A DNA stretch of 16,900 nt, taken from contig CAWJRG010000003.1 in assembly GCA_963845185.1 (NCBI GenBank), positions 1 to 16,900 of the forward strand, written 5' to 3'. The notes below the pieces were generated by a model. It saw nothing but the letters and a program-made list of their open reading frames with translations, made no database searches and was not told the origin of the DNA. Within the stretch, counting starts at the first letter, position 1, and the number at the start of each line of letters is the position of its first letter. Positions 14,145-16,900 of the stretch are shown one piece after another. Position numbers and translations under genes: made by a program. This stretch comes from an uncultured bacterium. Lineage in GTDB: Bacteria > Oederibacteriota > PGYV01 > CAWJRG01.

Positions 14145-16900
14145 TTACTTTAAAATCAATATCACGAAGCTCTTGCTTGAAACTTGGCCGTTAGAGATTA
14201 TACTTACGTTTAATATGTACGTACCCGGCGTAAGCGTCCGGCCGCCTGAGGTCTTGCCGTCCCAGGATACTACATGGCGTCCTGCGGACACATTCGCGAT
14301 CCCTCAAGATCTTTTTTCCATATAAGCCTGCCGCTTGTTGTGAATATCTTGATTTCAACTTTCGCTCGGGTCAAGGTATCGAGTACATTAACATTGTGTA
14401 TCGAGCTCTAGTCTGAGCTTGTCGCGGCTACCGAAGATCCTGAGAATGGTGTAAGAGACTGGCGGAGCCTGAGGTAGAGGAAGAAGGGTTAGGATTGCTT
14501 GAATATGCTTGCTACCTGCGGAAGCATGAGCTGCTTGTGCTCGCTGTTGGCTCCTGTCCCCATACAAGGCTTCCGTTCACGTACGCTGTTATCTTGTTCC
14601 ATTTCGTAAAGCTGGTATATGCGGTATAGCTCCAGTCATTGCTCTGTATCATGTTGCTCCAGTCGTTTTTGTTGAACCTTGACTGTATCTGCACATACTG
14701 GTTAGGCTGCAATGTTATTCCGCCTGTGAATTTTATGCTGACATAGTTTGTTTGCGTTCCAGCGTAGTAGGCTGGACACTTATCTGAACATCACTGGTTA
14801 CGTTTGAGCCCGATGGCAGGTACCCTGCATAATCAACCCAAGCCTGAATAGTCTGGCCTGTAGTGCAGTCGCAGTTAAACCAGTAGCGCACTTCCACGTT
14901 ATTCAAATTCAAGGCACTGGTTCCCGTATTTACAACCTCGATCTGCGGATGCGGGCTGTTTGTCGTATCGCTTGTAACCCCGCTCATTAGCTGCAGTGTG
15001 ATATTTGATGATGTAACAGGCGTGTTAGTTGGTACCGGCGTCGTCGGAGTTGCCGATGGTGTTATTGGCGTGTTCGTCGGAACGGAGTTGTCGGCGTCAG
15101 CTGACGGTGTTATCGGTGTATTCGTAGGAACCGGCGTTGTCGGCGTCGCTGAACGGTGTTATCGCCGTGTTCGTCGAAATAGGTGTCATCGGCGTCGCTA
15201 ATGGTGTTATTGGCGTATTTGTTGTATAGGTGTTAGTAATTGGTGTTGCGGACGGCGTTATTCGGTGTGTTGGCTCCGGAACCGCGTTGTCGGTGTTGTC
15301 ATGGTGTTATTGGTGTATTTGTCGGCGGGGATGGTGTATTTGTCTTTGTCGCTGTATTGGTGCTGGTGAACGGATTGGCGGCGTAAATGTATATGTGGGC
15401 GTGTTTGTCGCCGCTGCCTGCACCGAAATAAGTGAAAATTTGCGTGACTTCAATCCACAGGCATTAGTGTACGTAGCCGTAAAGGTGTTGTTCCCCGCTC
15501 AAGGGAATATTGTCGATTTCCGCGAAGTAAATTGGAAGCCGTTCGGCCGCTCCAGCTCCAGCAAGCCGCCGGTTAACGGCTGCGGCCCAGGGTTCACTGT
15601 GGAAGAAGTTGAAGGTCACCGAAGGGTAGCTGGCCTGCTGCCATGCCCCGTCCTCATCGACATACGCAAGCACGCAGGAAGATGGAGGTGCATCGGCGGT
15701 ATTGGCGTATTTAATGGCAGGCACGGAGTATTGGTCTTTGTTGGTGTATTTGTCGGCGTTGACGTCTGCGGTATTATCTGGAATCGCGTCTACCTTGGCG
15801 TTGTCTACGCTCGCAGGCCCGAACTATATCGTTATGGTCCCGTTCTCGGCGATATATTGCTGAATACCTCGTCTATGGCCTTGTTTGCACCTCCTGCCGA
15901 GGAATACAGGTCAAAGTTGGTCAGCACCTGCGTCCCGTTGATGGATACGTTGAATACCCTCTTCCCTGTTGCAGTCCAGTACGTCTCAGCCATCTTAAAT
16001 GTTAACTGGTATGTGCCTGCAGGCACGTTGAAAGTATATGTGAACGGGCTTCCATAGCGCTCATTCTGGTACAGGGTCTGCGCTGTTATTGGTTCCAACA
16101 AAGGAAACTACGCTTTGCCAGGAAGCCGATAAGTAAATGTGTTGTTTGAGACACTTACAGCTGATTGCGCCACCAGGCCGTGGCTGGAGTTGGTCACCAT
16201 GGCGTCACTGAAGAGACGTTAAGGCCGTTCAAGTTAAAAGTCTGGCTCACTGATGAAGTATTGTTATTTATGGCTACAAACACAATTTTTGATGGCCAGG
16301 AATTGTTGGTATCCTTAAAAGCGCTGATCGATACGCCTAATGTCGGTGATTCGGTTGCACCATACGGTAATAGCCGGGTCTAATAAATTTGCTGTGATTG
16401 CCAAGTACAAAAGCCTTGATGTCGAGGGCGTTGTTGCTGATAAAGTCCTGGAGCCACCAGTAGTGAAAGGCGTTCATGCTTGCATCCACAAGGCTTGTCT
16501 GTATCCAACCCACTTCCTGAGTGCCCTGAAATGTCGGTCGATTGCCGGAAATCTCAGTCTCCCACCACTCCTGGTTTGTTACATTGCTGTAGCCGTAGGA
16601 AGAAAGGGGTGCTGGATTCCCGCCATACATGTGAGTAGCAATAATGCCGACGTAAGGTGGTGAGTCGGAGTCTGCCATGGCTGTGGATGCCAGGTTCATT
16701 CCGCCTGGATTATCCGGCTCAGGAATCATGATCTTTGTTGAAAGCCCTGCGCTTGATAATGCGCTATGGAAAGCCTGGACGTAAACGTCAAACTGACCGG
16801 CACTCCAGAGGCATGCTTCATAAGTTGGGTTGAAATTTGGTTCGTTCTGGACTGAAAGGGCGTAAAGGTTAATGCCCTGGTTTTTGCAATACTGGATAAA
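14145..16900 (-). CDS. Secreted GH30 xylanase-like enzyme: GH30-malectin-X module-Pro/Thr linker-CBM3-C-terminal domain (partial, heavily frameshifted)
   Basis: From the right edge: LYALSVQNEPNF, MIPEP, THMYGG, WWETEIS, FHYWWL, GNHSKFIRPGYYR; malectin TLYQNERYG...FKMAETYW...RVFNVSING; CBM3 fragments 14733..14987 and 14512..14712; ends SFVILILK with TAA at 14147-14145. Confidence 0.82.

Noticed and set aside
12850..16400. Programmed frameshifting or an alternative genetic code
   Set aside because: The breaks are numerous, irregular indels, and other genes translate normally with standard stops.

Overview
All credible genes lie on the minus strand. Both ends belong to a cluster of secreted, multimodular xylan-degrading enzymes. 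On the left is a GH30 gene (1..1418, running off the window) with a near-consensus sigma70 promoter and LacI-type operators. On the right are GH30-malectin-X-PT-CBM3-CTD (14145..>16900), GH43-CBM6-X-X-PT-CBM3-CTD (10769..14041) and a PorV-like outer-membrane barrel (9587..10603); the two large genes are broken by many frameshifts that are probably sequencing errors. Between these blocks is an AT-rich, heterogeneous segment of about 7.7 kb with tiny Lys-rich ORFs, an orphan RNA polymerase omega homologue, a tandemly duplicated membrane-protein/NHL-propeller unit, a FabX/NMO-family flavoprotein, an excisionase-type HTH, a PilZ protein and a TPR protein. This segment is bounded by directly repeated arrays of palindromic recombination-site-like motifs (dif/lox/res-like, TTCGTATA-N8-TATACGAA). 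It also holds six Tn3-family 38-bp inverted repeats and an IS200/IS605-like hairpin element, yet no transposase or recombinase gene is in the window. All family assignments come from motif recognition by eye, not from database searches.
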